NCBI RefSeq assembly: GCF_006345805.1
Contig: NC_043002.1
Span: 115,320,001-115,384,000, forward strand
Reading direction: 5' to 3'
DNA: 64,000 nucleotides
From: Octopus sinensis
Taxonomy: Eukaryota
In this document: piece by piece, positions 49,976-62,698 of the stretch
Layout of the letters: each line of letters starts with the position of its first letter
Numbering within the stretch: the stretch's first letter is position 1
Position numbers and translations under genes: made by a program
Notes under the pieces: model-generated
The model's input: the letters and a program-made list of their open reading frames with translations, nothing else
Databases searched by the model: none
Told to the model about the DNA's origin: nothing

Positions 49976-50825
49976 ATTAAAATCGTTCTAGTTTTTCAAA
50001 TGTTACGTACATCTGTGAAGGTAAGCATCCAGTTTAAAGGGAATCACTCGTTATCTAGTAATTTTAACAACATGAATTTTAATTGATGAAACCTAAGTTA
50101 ACATTCAAATATAGATTAAAGTATCAACGAATCAAGTATTAAATGCCTCGTGTATAGTAAATTTTATAGATTACGTTACAAGTCCATTTAGAAAAATGAG
50201 GCAAAGTAAATTGTTGGAGAGGCATCTAAGGAAGTTCTTCCAGAAACCTTGAAGTAATTACATTTATTTTCATACAATTAAATTATTTTTCTCTAAGTCA
50301 CATGATATATCCAACCGAGAATTATGGCAGAGAGAAAGGTACGCATACATATATGTGTGTATGTTGGCAAGCTAGGGGAGGTAGGTAGGCAGTTAGGTTA
50401 ATTACTTAAATGTTTGCTTTTCTATATACAGGGAAGTCATAAATTTCCTCATTATCTAGAAATATAATGCGTACTATCCATTTTACTGGTTATTTCACAG
50501 TTTCTATTATTAGTTTCCGTTTGCTTATATATTTAAACGGATACGTATAGCTCTTTCATTTTATGTCTCTATTTTTCACACCTCCTACTCTATCATACTC
50601 CCTCCCTACTTATAATACGTGTGTATGTATGTGTTTAGAGTGGATATATGTATATCCGTTTGTGTGGGGGTGTGGGGGGGTGTGTGTGAGTAACTAAACA
50701 AGGACTTCGATTAAAACGTCTCGTGTATTTTTTTTCTATTTCACAACAATTACTATATTCTTTTGCGTTATTTCGTTTTGTTTCAATCGCAAACTATCAA
50801 TAATTTTATATTTACCATGAGCGTA

Positions 50826-51340
50826 AGCATGGCTGTGTTGTACGAAGTTTGCTTCCCAGCCGCATCTTTCGGTTTCAGCCCCACTGCGTGGTACCGGACG
50901 ACAAAAGCGTTGTGGGTAGATTTGGTTCGGAAACTGAGAAAAGCCCGTTATATATACGTTTATTATTGCCAGTTTCTACATAAATGCTGTGTGTTTGTAT
51001 GTATATATGCATGTATGTATTTATGTTTGTATATATGCATGTATGTATTTATGTTTGTATATATGCATGTATGTATTTAAGTTTTGTATATATGCACGTA
51101 TGCATGTATGTATGTATGTATTTATGTATGTATGTACGTGTCTGTGTTTGTCTATCCACCGCTTGATAACCGGTGTTGGTTTGTGTACACCCCTGTAGCC
51201 TAGCAGTTCGGTTAAAAAGACAATAGAATAAGTACCACACTTTATAAAAATAATTACTGGTGTCGATTTATTCAACTAAAACCTTTCAATGTGGTGCCTC
51301 GACATGGTCGCAGTACAATGACTAAAACCAGTAAAAGAGA
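50826..51340 (+). mobile_element. SINE type B with expanded internal (TATG)n
   Basis: Head GCATGGCTGTG…; tail GTGGTGCCTCGACATGGTCGCAGTACAATGACTAAAACC. Confidence 0.8.
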
Positions 51341-51724
51341 AGCGATAAAAGATTATCCTTTAAAGAAAAAAACTTCTTTTATGTAATTTTAGAGTCTACC
51401 TATGCTTTTCTTCTGGCTCAGTCACTTGTCTTAATAATACTTCTTTTTCCCGACCCTGTGTTTTGTCTGTCCTAATCGCTAAAACTCAGCTGTGTTTTCC
51501 TGTTCTGTGTTTTATCTTCATTGTATAATCGAATGCAATGGTTCCTGATGCGTCTTGCGTATGCAATTCTGTTCTTAGGCCTTGAAAATCCTATAATCCG
51601 TTGTGAGATAGCTGATGAATGTTTAATTTTTGTATATTTCAGTTTAACACGTTCTTCGTTTGTGACCATTCCTGACATAATAGCCAACGACCAGAGCAAT
51701 ATTTTCTCATACTTATTCTGTGAC

Positions 51725-51826
51725 ATACATATATATATATATATGTGTATGTGTGTATGTTTGTTTTGAGTATATGAATATATGTATGTGCATATGTGTG
51801 TATATATATATACATACATGTGTTTG

Positions 51827-51870
<44 letters not shown>

Positions 51871-52037
51871 TATACATTTGTATGTGTTTATGTATGTATA
51901 TATATACATTTGTGCATTTGCATGAATATATGTGGGTGTTTGTACGTGTGTGTGTGTTTCTATATCTTTGTATGTATATATATATACATATATATACATA
52001 TATATACATATATATATATACATGTATATACATATAC

Positions 52038-52076
<39 letters not shown>

Positions 52077-52080
52077 TATA
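51725..52080. repeat. Degenerate TA/TG low-complexity tract
   Basis: Direct inspection. Confidence 0.9.
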
Positions 52081-52084
52081 AACT

Positions 52085-52985
52085 TAGATAAACTTAGATA
52101 TGTTTCGACCAAAGATTGGTCCAGGCCATGTCTAACTTAATAGCACCACCTGAGGATTATTCGAATCCTGTTTAAGTCAAGTTTTGTTTAAGTCAAGTTT
52201 TGTTCAGGTAGTGAGTTCTTGTTGGGTGAGTTGTATCCAGTTTTGTTCAAGTAGTGAGTTCTTGTTGGGTGAGTTGTATCCAATTATGGGTGGCTCATCT
52301 GGTATTCTTTGAAGGAATCTATCCAGACTCTGTTTAAAGTTGATGGGATCCTTTTCCTCTTTGATCTCCCTCGGGACAATGTTAAATAGGGCAGGGCCTG
52401 TTGAGGAAAAGAAATTATGTTGCAGTGTACATGTATGTTGTGATCTTGAATTGGGAAGGGAACGTATAGCCCGTGGTCCAAGTCTTGGATGAACCTTGAA
52501 GCTAATATTTAGGTCGTTTGGGCAAAGTTGGCGGTATATTTTCCACATCGTAGAAATGATGTACCGCTCACGGCGACGCTGGAGGGAGTAAAGTTTCAAG
52601 GCTTTAAGGCGATCCCAATAATCGAGAGCAGCCATGCCTTCAATTCGTTTAGTGAGTGCCCTCTGGGGTGACTCAATTCTGGAGATGTTTTGTCTTGTGT
52701 GAGGAGACCACAGTGGGCAGCAGTATTCAAGGTGTGGCCGTACAAAGGAGGAAAAAAGTGGTATGATGACACCTTGTTCTCTGGACCGGAAAGTTCTTAA
52801 GATCCAGGAACTCATCCTACGAGCTATATCGACCTTCTTGTTGATGTGTGCACTCCAACTGAGATCGTCATCAACAATTACACCCAGGTCTCTGATATTG
52901 TTAGAGGCTGTGAGCGGTTCCCCTGAAGGAAGAGAGTATGGTTGTTTTAGTGAGGAATTTCTTCCAAAAGAATATATAAATACTT
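52085..52985 (-). mobile_element. 5'-truncated CR1-group LINE; about 250 codons of ORF2 C-terminus still open, with 3'UTR stem-loop and tail
   Basis: [17 protein letters not shown]…ILRTFRSR…[15 protein letters not shown]…[12 protein letters not shown]…[22 protein letters not shown]…[16 protein letters not shown]. Tail (minus) GGTGGTGC…CATGGCCTGGACCAATCTTTGGTCGAAACATATC(TAAGTTTATC)n. Confidence 0.9.
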
Positions 52986-52989
52986 CCAA

Positions 52990-53020
52990 AAGTATATATA
53001 TATACGTATATATATATATA

Positions 53021-53051
<31 letters not shown>

Positions 53052-53152
53052 ATATACATATATACATACATATATATATATACGTATATATATATATATA
53101 CATATATATATACATATATATATATATACATACATAATATATATATATATAT

Positions 53153-53223
<71 letters not shown>

Positions 53224-53245
53224 CATATATATATACATACATATA
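52990..53245. repeat. (TA)n/(TACA) microsatellite
   Basis: Direct inspection. Confidence 0.97.
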
Positions 53246-54185
53246 ATAAAATATTAGGGAATAAATCCAAACTTACAGGGAAAAATCAGATTTAGGATTG
53301 AATCCAATTTTATAGTAAAATATTATATTATATTATATTAAGATCTTCAAATTGTAAATTTTAATATTGTATAAGCCTTTGGTGTAATAATATTCTCCTT
53401 ATGTAAATGTCGTTGTTTATGTAATGATCTAATTATCGTAATTTTCTATATTATTAGATATTAAATTTAAGTTTATTTGTAAGATACTTCTTAGCGATAG
53501 ATTTATTATTTGATAGCAAGCATACTAGGTGTATTAAGTTAGGCTTTGTATATACATGTTTTAATAGTATTAATTGTAGTTTTAAATTTATAATTAAATT
53601 AGATAAACTTTGATAAACTTGGATATGTTTCGACTAAAGATTGGTCTAGGCCATGTCTAATTTAATAGCATACTTAGTTATTTCTTTAAATTTATATTCG
53701 ATAATTATTCCCATTCATAATTATATTTATAGTACCTATAGTATTTATTCGATACTATATTACTAAGAATTGATTATTTCTAAAAGTATTTTACATAAGA
53801 TTTCTGAAAGTTCGTTTAAGTTAGTTTATTTGTATTTTGAAATTAGCTATTTCATCTTTAAATATGGAAAATTAAATTTATTAGGTTTTTATTATATACA
53901 ACTATTTATAGAGATTATTTTAGATCTTGTATATAATATTTATATATATATTTTCATTGTTAATTTATATATATTAGTCATTTTAAATATTTATGTAATT
54001 AGATATAGAATAATATTGATATTAGATTATGGGTTTCCTACCTTATAAATTAAAATTAATATTTAACATTATAATCGATTTGGATATAATCATATTTGAT
54101 AATAGAGTTTATTATAAGTAAAATTATTATATTATATATATTATTTATATCTTAAAAATATTGATTATATTTTAGATATGTAAAC

Positions 54186-54249
54186 CACCTGAAGAATGAC
54201 TGTAACTCGAAAATTTTAAGCATTGAACAGCCATGAAACGATCGTAGTG
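54186..54249 (+). ncRNA. Minimal type I hammerhead ribozyme motif with intact catalytic core (PLE pLTR-like)
   Basis: CAC-CTGAAGA-ATGACTGT(23 nt)ACAGCCAT-GAAAC-GATC-GT-A-GTG. Stem I CAC/GTG, stem II 7 of 8 pairs, palindromic stem III ACGATCGT, GUA cleavage triplet. Confidence 0.68.
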
Positions 54250-54402
54250 TTATATTAATTATCTTTTTTAATAATTTTGATATATATTTAAATAATATAA
54301 ATTAATTAATCTTATGTATTGGCTTAAGTTTTTAATTGTATGATTTGCCTAATAGTGGTTTTATCTCTAATTTATATAATATACATACATATATATATAT
54401 AC

Positions 54403-54471
<69 letters not shown>

Positions 54472-54542
54472 CCGGAGTAAACACATAAATGTGAAACAAG
54501 GTGGAAAAAAGAGTACTCAAATACCAGTGGTAGAGTAACATG

Positions 54543-54627
54543 CTTTATTTAAAGCAGCAGAAAATTCAACAAAACCTGTTACTCTGAGTAACAAGTTTTG
54601 TTGAATTTTCTGCTGCTTTAAATAAAG
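54543..54627. repeat. Near-perfect palindrome (42-bp arms, 1-nt centre, 1 mismatch)
   Basis: CTTTATTTAAAGCAGCAGAAAATTCAACAAAACCTGTTACTC-T-GAGTAACAAGTTTTGTTGAATTTTCTGCTGCTTTAAATAAAG. Confidence 0.95.
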
Positions 54628-54929
54628 TATATATATGTATATAATATATATATATATATATATAGATAATATATATATATATATATGTATATATGTATAT
54701 AGATTAATATATAGATATCTGTATAGATATATGTAATATATATAATATATTATATATCTATGTTATATATATATGTATATATATATATATATATTATATG
54801 TATATATATATATATGATATAATAATATATGTATATATATATATATGTATATTATATATATGATATATATATTATATGAATCATAGATATTATAATGTAT
54901 ATATATATATATATATATGATATATATAT

Positions 54930-54980
<51 letters not shown>

Positions 54981-55026
54981 TATATGTTATATATATATAT
55001 ATATAATATATGTTATATATATATAT

Positions 55027-55113
<87 letters not shown>

Positions 55114-55250
55114 TGTATAATATATATATTATTATATATATATATGTATATATATATGTATATATATATATATATATATTATATAATATATATATGTATA
55201 TATATATATATATAATATATAATATAGTATATATATATCTATATATTATG

Positions 55251-55324
<74 letters not shown>

Positions 55325-55412
55325 GTAATATTATATATATATATATATATATGTATATATAATATATATATATATATGTATATTAATATATATATATATA
55401 TATATGTATATA

Positions 55413-55467
<55 letters not shown>

Positions 55468-55490
55468 ATGTTATATATATATTATATATG

Positions 55491-55524
<34 letters not shown>

Positions 55525-55530
55525 ATTATC
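54628..55530. repeat. About 0.9 kb degenerate (TA)n array
   Basis: Direct inspection. Confidence 0.97.
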
Positions 55531-56196
55531 CCATATGGATATGGATATGTTTGCAAATATGTGTGTATTGTAAGGATAAACTTACCGGCGTGTTGTGAGT
55601 ATGACGTAAGTACACAAGCGTGTGTCGTTCATTACAGTTTGTACGCATGCGTATGTGTTCTATACGTATATGCGATTATGTGCATGTGTTCGCCCAAAAA
55701 ACTCAAATAGTGTATCCTTGAAATGTTTTGCGAATTATCAGCTTCTCTTATTAATTGAGTTTCGAGATTGCAAATTAGACGGCTTCGTTCTCTTTAGGAG
55801 AACGCTAGTATTTCTAGATTTTCATGCGGATACGTTGTTACGTAAACCAGTGCACATATTTTAATAGATACAAATGAAGATCTATAACCAAGAGTCGAGA
55901 GTTTCTCATTAGTTCTCCAGTGGTATTCTGGTATTCCCCAGTTTTTGAAAAGACATTCACATCAACTTCACAACTGATGTCCACAACAATACAAAGAGGA
56001 TTTGTTCAGTGCAGTCCAAGATTTCCTTCCTTTCTACTGCTTGTGCATCAGATATTGTTTTGTTTCTCAGTGATCCTGGAGAAACGTATTCATACAACCT
56101 GGGCTGGTAGTTTTATGATATATGCTTCTCCTGGTTTTAGCTACTCGTATTATACATGCAATCATCAACCAGTATGACACACCAGTTCCAGCATTC

Positions 56197-56342
<146 letters not shown>

Positions 56343-57776
56343 ATTTGTGTATAAGCAGTAAAAACATTTGGAAATAAGATTCAGCTATACAATGAAATAA
56401 ATACATAATTCTTAGATTCTTAGGACACGATCACGTTTCTATCAGTCGGACGTTCATACAATTATATGAGCAGGAGATACTTTCATCAGCAGAACTGCAA
56501 ATAGAGTCATATAAGAATTTCATTGTTTATATAGATTGTACTCTACTTGAAACATCATGAAAACAAATACTTTATAACTGTATTCATATATTATTATAAA
56601 ATTCTCCAAATGTTTTCCTTTTGTTGAGCTCTCTGTTAGTTACTAAGCACAAACTAAATATTTCAATTATAATTACAAAATATTTATTCCTATAATTTCT
56701 TGAACTAACTTCGTTTATTTTAATACCATTAACTATCTTCGTTGATTTTAATACCATTTTATTAATTTTAAAAGTTTTTACAAAGCAAATCGAATGTACT
56801 GATCACTCGATATTTCGGCTGTTCCCGTGCATCAATTGATTACCACACTACGTTATATAGAGATTGTAAAATTATCATTCGCCTCACTTTGTAGTTCTAC
56901 TGAGAAAGATACTATAAACTTCTGACTGCTGGAAATACGAGTGTGTCCGAAGACACTGAATATATTTCGATGTTTCTTTTCTTATAACACTACATACACA
57001 TCAGTATATTGCTGATAGGAACCTGCGTTTCTTTTGGAGAGAGGGGAGTCAATTTTATTGATCTCTTTTAATCGCTTTGAAGAAAAGTTGTATTAGATAA
57101 ATATAGAAATAAATAACTGAATTTGCCTTTTTTTGTATCTTTCAGTAGTCGATTAAATAATTATTGGTGATAAACTGTGATCTAGTCAATTAATGTTATC
57201 CTTTCAAATAGCACAAACAGAGCTTCTTAAGAAACAAATCAATATTTTACGCCTTCGGTCATAAAAACACTTCACAGATCAAACCAAATTAATGGGTAAA
57301 ATCAATGCAAGACCAAAACAGCATGGAGATGTGTCGTTACGTATTATATTTATTCGTTAAAGCGTCAGCTATTCTAGCTGTTTTGGAACCGCTCGAAGAC
57401 AAATCTCAAAAATCATGAAACGGACTAATACAAACTTTCAGAGATGTGAAAGCATGTATTCTTGTGTATATGTGAATATCTATTAATGTATTTGCACAGA
57501 ATTTACTGTATAATATATAAATTGGTATAACTACCAATGTACTTTCTTGATTTGATGAGAATTGAAGACATGAAGCGTGAATTAAATACTGGACAATAAC
57601 TGAAAGAAACACAAAGAGCTCTAAAATCTACTGATTACTGACATTGGTTTTGCTGATGGAAAAGAGTTAGAAGTTAATGTAAGCCTGTCAATAACAATGA
57701 CCAGCAACCAGAGTGGCGAGTCTTGAAGGCGACAGACATACTCATAGAATTCGCATGATACAAATGCTTAGGATAC

Positions 57777-57827
<51 letters not shown>

Positions 57828-57863
57828 GATAGATAGATAGATAGATAGATAGTGATAGATAGG

Positions 57864-57957
<94 letters not shown>
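57777..57957. repeat. Head-to-head (ATCT)n/(GATA)n microsatellite with a palindromic centre at 57827/57828
   Basis: …ATCTATCTATC|GATAGATAGAT… with no spacer. Confidence 0.95.
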
Positions 57958-57958
<1 letters not shown>

Positions 57959-57984
57959 CCGTTTTATTTTATTATGCAAAAGGT

Positions 57985-58172
57985 TAGAAATTTATCACTA
58001 CCAGCGGCCCAGTGGAAAAGAAAAATAGTCATGAGACTAAAATGTAAATATATAACAATTTAGGAATGGCCTTAACAGGCCATTCGTCCACTAGACAGAG
58101 CAGCCATAACTCTAACTCTAACTGGTAGTGATAAATTTCTATCGAATTTTTTACTACCCTAAATTGATTAAT
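57985..58172. repeat. Second member of the 12641 repeat family, with the 5' end duplicated in inverted orientation
   Basis: 20-bp IR at 57985-58004 / 58122-58141. The core CCAGCGGCCCAG…AAATAGTCAT…AACAATT…GGCCATTC..CCACTAGA is shared with 12696-12800. Confidence 0.8.
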
Positions 58173-58278
58173 ATATATATATATATTGTGAGTCAGTAGG
58201 AAGTGGAACAGCCTATGACATTTGCGAAATCACCTTAGTCAATAAGACTAATGTTATTAATGCGCATACATCTACATA

Positions 58279-58900
58279 CGTGTGGCTGTGTGGTTAGAAG
58301 CTTGCTGCTCAATCACATGTTTCCGGATCACCTTGGGCAAGTGTCTTCTGCTATAGCCCCGGACCAACCAAAGCCTTGTCGGTGGATTTGGTAGACAGAA
58401 ACTGAAAGAAACCCGTCGTACATATATATATATGTGCCGAAGGCGGCGAGCTGGCAGAAAAGTTAGCGCGCCGGGCGAAATGCTTAACGGTATTTCGTCT
58501 GCGTTACGTTGTGAGTTCAAATTCCGCCGAGGTCGACTTTGCCTTTCATCTTTTCGGTGTCGATAAATTAAGTACCAGTTACGAACTGGGGTCGATGTAA
58601 TCGACTTAATACCTATGTCTGTCCTTGTTTGTTCCCTCTGTGTTTAGCCCCTTGTGGGTAATAAAGAAATAGGTATTTCGTCTGTCGTTACGTTCTGAGT
58701 TCAAATTCCGCCGAGGTCGACTTTGCCTTTCATCCTTTCGGGGTCGATAAATAAAGTACCAGTTTCGCACTGGGGTCGATGTAATCGACTTAATCCCTCT
58801 GTCTGTCCTTGTTTGCCCCCTCTGTGTTTAGCCCCTTGTGGGCAGTAAAGAAATATATATATGTGTGTGTGTATGTCTGAGTCTGTGTTTGACCTCCCAC
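58279..58900 (+). mobile_element. SINE B interrupted in its TA tract by a SINE A dimer (58442-58855; second unit starts GGTATTTCG at 58672)
   Basis: B head 58279-58430. The A dimer is flanked by ATATATATATGTG-like repeats, and B sequence resumes after 58856. Confidence 0.85.
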
Positions 58901-58934
58901 CACTGCATATATATGTGTGGGTGTGTGTGTGCAG

Positions 58935-58950
58935 GTAGACAGATAGATAT

Positions 58951-59028
<78 letters not shown>

Positions 59029-59031
59029 TGT

Positions 59032-59071
<40 letters not shown>

Positions 59072-59085
59072 TATAGATAGATAGA
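58935..59085. repeat. (GATA)n microsatellite
   Basis: Direct inspection. Confidence 0.97.
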
Positions 59086-59121
59086 TAACGTGGTTCCGAA
59101 AGCTCATCACGTGTGTGTATG

Positions 59122-59156
<35 letters not shown>

Positions 59157-59859
59157 TTGTATATATATATACACATAAATGTATGTATGTGTTATGTATA
59201 CATTCATGTATATACATTCTCGCCAAAGCCCTGCTCTTCCGTCCTCTTCCTCAGATCTATCATCTTGGATTACTTTTGGCGTACAGACGCAGTCAGGACG
59301 CCTGCGATATCCCTTCCTGCTTGGCACAGGTTTGTAGTCTCTGTTGCAGCTGTCCTTGTCGTCTTACAACGTTTACCGTGTCCACACAGCATTGAGTAAC
59401 AGTAAAGTTGTAAGAAGGGATATGACTTCACTATTCTCTTCGGATACAGAGAATCTGCCGTCCTGCACGTAAGGCAAGAACGGAAATAGTGGGTCCTGGA
59501 TGGCATGATCCACCGAGCGGAAATGACACTTTCGTATTGGATGTCTCTAACATGTTCGCTGAATCTCCTAATTTCCTGGCCGTTTGTCATTAACAATTAC
59601 CAAAACACATACATCTACGATTGAGCTATGTCGTTTACAGTGTGTCTATCAAATGCTCGGTAGAAAATCATACACAGAAGTGTAATAAACTATTTAGACT
59701 ACAAAATTGAACACTACAAAATACGGTCTCTACCTCAGAAGAAAATGTCTGATACTGCAACTAGGGCAACATGAGTTTATGCAATTTCTTCTCTGATTTC
59801 CTGATACAGCAATGTTTAATAGTGTTCTATTGGATTCCATAATCCAAAAAGCTTATTGT

Positions 59860-60720
59860 TAAGAGTACCACAAAGCAGCGTTCTGAGGTCTCTTTTGTGT
59901 TTCATATTGTTGTTATGTGTTGAACAAATATATAGAATCAGCCATATTTAACAGCTATGCAGATGACACGAAAGTGACGGTAGAGATCAAGACAAACGGT
60001 ATTGTCTGCGCACTTCAGTAAAACCTTAACGCTTATATATCACTGGGAGAATTACGATAATATCGTTGAAAACGACAAGATAACGTGCCCTTCATTAAGG
60101 AAAGAGGATAAGCAACAAATTATTTTATCTTTTCCCCAGTAGTGAAACAACTAAAATTTCTGCGCTCATTTATGACTAAGATATAACCAAGTCTACAGAA
60201 GCATTGCTTTCAAACTATCAGGAGGTTAGTGGTTTGATACTAAAAGCTTTTACAATGAGAGATTTGACAGTGATGTTGATACTACTTTGAAAATATATTG
60301 TGTTAAGCAAGTTGAACTGCTGTCTCACGGCAATAGTTCCCCGGTGGTATCTACCACCAAAATGTAAGTAAATTCGAGCATCTTAAGCATACCATTATGC
60401 ATTGTGTCTCTGTTCTTTAGAAGTTAGAGGGAACAATATACTATTTTACATGGAAAATTTCCGAACTTTGATATACAATACAGAAATATAAACAGAGATA
60501 TGAGTGGTAGCATCGGATTTCAAAACTTCCTTCTTCAAATACTCGCATCAGAAGTGAACACGGCAACAATTTAATTTATAAAGGTCGTCAGATGCAAAAC
60601 TGTCAGCGAAAATGTTTGCAAAACACGACAACGCTTTCTCTGAAATCCTTAAAACGCATCTAGACCAAGCTGCCGCAGATTAGTAGCAGCGGCCTGATGC
60701 GTTGTAGCCAACTCACCATT
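59860..60720 (+). mobile_element. Highly decayed CR1-group LINE RT remnant
   Basis: VPQSSVL… and NSYADDTKV motifs at 59866-59980. Confidence 0.6.
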
Positions 60721-60744
60721 ATATAGAAAAAAATTACCAAAATG

Positions 60745-61250
60745 TGGAGGCGCAATGGCCCAGTGGTTAGGGCAGTGGACTCGCGGTCGTAGGATCGCGG
60801 TTTCGATTCCCAGACAGGCATTGTGAGTGTTTATTGAGCGAAAACACCTAAAGCTCCACGAGGCTCCGGCCGGGGGCGGTGGTGAACCATGTTGTACTCT
60901 TTCACCACAACTTTCTCTCACTCTTTCTTCCTGTTTCTGTTGTACCTGTATTTCAAAGGGCCAGCCTTGTCACGCTGAATCTCCTCGAGAACTACGTTAA
61001 GGGTACACGTGTCTGTGGAGTGTTCAGCCACTTGCATGTTAATGAGTTGCGACGTCACCGGTGCCAAGCTGTATCGGCCTTTGCCTTTCCCTTGGATAAC
61101 ATAAGTGGCGTGGAGACGGGAGGCTGGTATGCATGGGCGACTGCTGGTCTTCCATAAACAACCTTGCCCAGACTTGTACCTCGGAGGGTAACTTTCTAGG
61201 TGCAATTCCATGGTCATTCGTGACCGAAGGAGGTCACACACACATCACAC
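60745..61250 (+). mobile_element. tRNA-derived SINE type C, long form
   Basis: GGAGGCGCAATGGCCCAGTGGTTAGGGCAGTGGACTCGCGGTCGTAGGATCGCGGTTTCGATTCCC head; body and tail end GACCGAAGGAGGTCACACAC. Confidence 0.85.
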
Positions 61251-61819
61251 TTATCGACGTAAAAAAAACTATATAAGGTTTAAAATGCTAACATTTTTAA
61301 AGCATTACCGATAATTCTACGCATTCAACAAAATTTTGACAAATTTTCAAAATTAAAAGAACTAATGTTTTTCTTCACTGTGAGAAAATCGCTATTATCA
61401 TCGAATGTGCTTGAAACTGAACTACTTTACAAGACTTTTACCTATCTTCTTAAAATTTTCCTTTAACTGATAATTAAAAATTGCAAAAAATGTTCCATTT
61501 TTAAATAATTTTTCAAGTATTGATATATAAACGCTTATATTAAAATATCTATAAGCCACATATTATTTAACCTTCCGTTCCTTTTATGAATGTACATTCA
61601 GGTGAATGGATTCTAGTTATTTTGATTCCCATTTGTCATCATTGCCTACTAATATGTGTGTGTGTCTGTGTGTGTGTGTCTGTGTGTGTGTGTGTCTGTG
61701 TGTGTGTGTCTGTGTCAGCACACATGAGCGTGTGTAAATATTTTAAAATATTTTGCATTTATACATTAATTCCAATTAAAAATCAATTAATTGAAATGTA
61801 TTTTTGCGCTTATACGTGT

Positions 61820-61830
61820 GTATATATATA

Positions 61831-61919
<89 letters not shown>

Positions 61920-62090
61920 GTATATTTATATGTATATATATATAATATACATGCATACTCACATATGTATACACACACTTATATGTATAATACACATACA
62001 TCACACATATATATAATAGACATACATATACACATGTATACACGTATATGTGCGTGTATGTGTGTGTGCATATATATATATATATATAAT
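61820..62090. repeat. (TA)n and TA/CA low-complexity tract
   Basis: Direct inspection. Confidence 0.93.
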
Positions 62091-62698
62091 CCATTCGAAC
62101 GATTAAATAAGCATTTATGATTGCTGCATAATACATTTATCGAAATTTAAAATCAGTGAATTAGAAAACAAATTCGTGTGTATATGTGTGCGTGTGTGTG
62201 TATCTATGTATGTATGGTTTGTGCTTCAGTGTGTGTGTGTGTTTGTACATGTGCATAAAGTGTTCGATTTTATTCAGATGTATTATGGTCTTCGCCTATA
62301 ACTAACTGCATGTAAAATAATAGATAAGAAACACAAAATATGTACTCAGTTCTGCTGCTTCCTTTAAGTTACATATCTTCACAATTCTTTTTTCTAACAA
62401 AACAGCGACACCTGATTCAAGGTTGACTTGGCCTTCTAGCAAGCATTTTAAAGATATCGATTTCAAGTCAAAGGTCAGCATGCCTAATCTAAATAAGAGA
62501 TTTATAATTAGATAGAAAATTGTCTTCGATGTAGGAAGTGTGCTATCACGTGATCTCAAACAGCTACAGAAGGAAATAAAGTCATACTTGATTAAGATCA
62601 ACAGAATTTCCTTATTTTATTGGTTTTAAATTATAGGTCTATGTTGTTGCTTTTTTTGTGGAATTTCACAATAAAATCTTCGTTTTCGCAAAATTTTG

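Noticed and set aside
56420-56495. Hammerhead-like CTGATGA…GAAAC on the minus strand
   Set aside because: Stem II is offset by 3 nt, the cleavage position is G, and there is no stem I. At most a fossil.
59086-59115. Hammerhead-like GTGATGAG…GGAAC (and weaker look-alikes near 4770 and 13503)
   Set aside because: Core nucleotides are wrong or the second half is missing; compatible with chance.
58701-59327. 208-aa minus-strand ORF
   Set aside because: A mosaic of unique sequence, GATA/TA microsatellites and SINE A.
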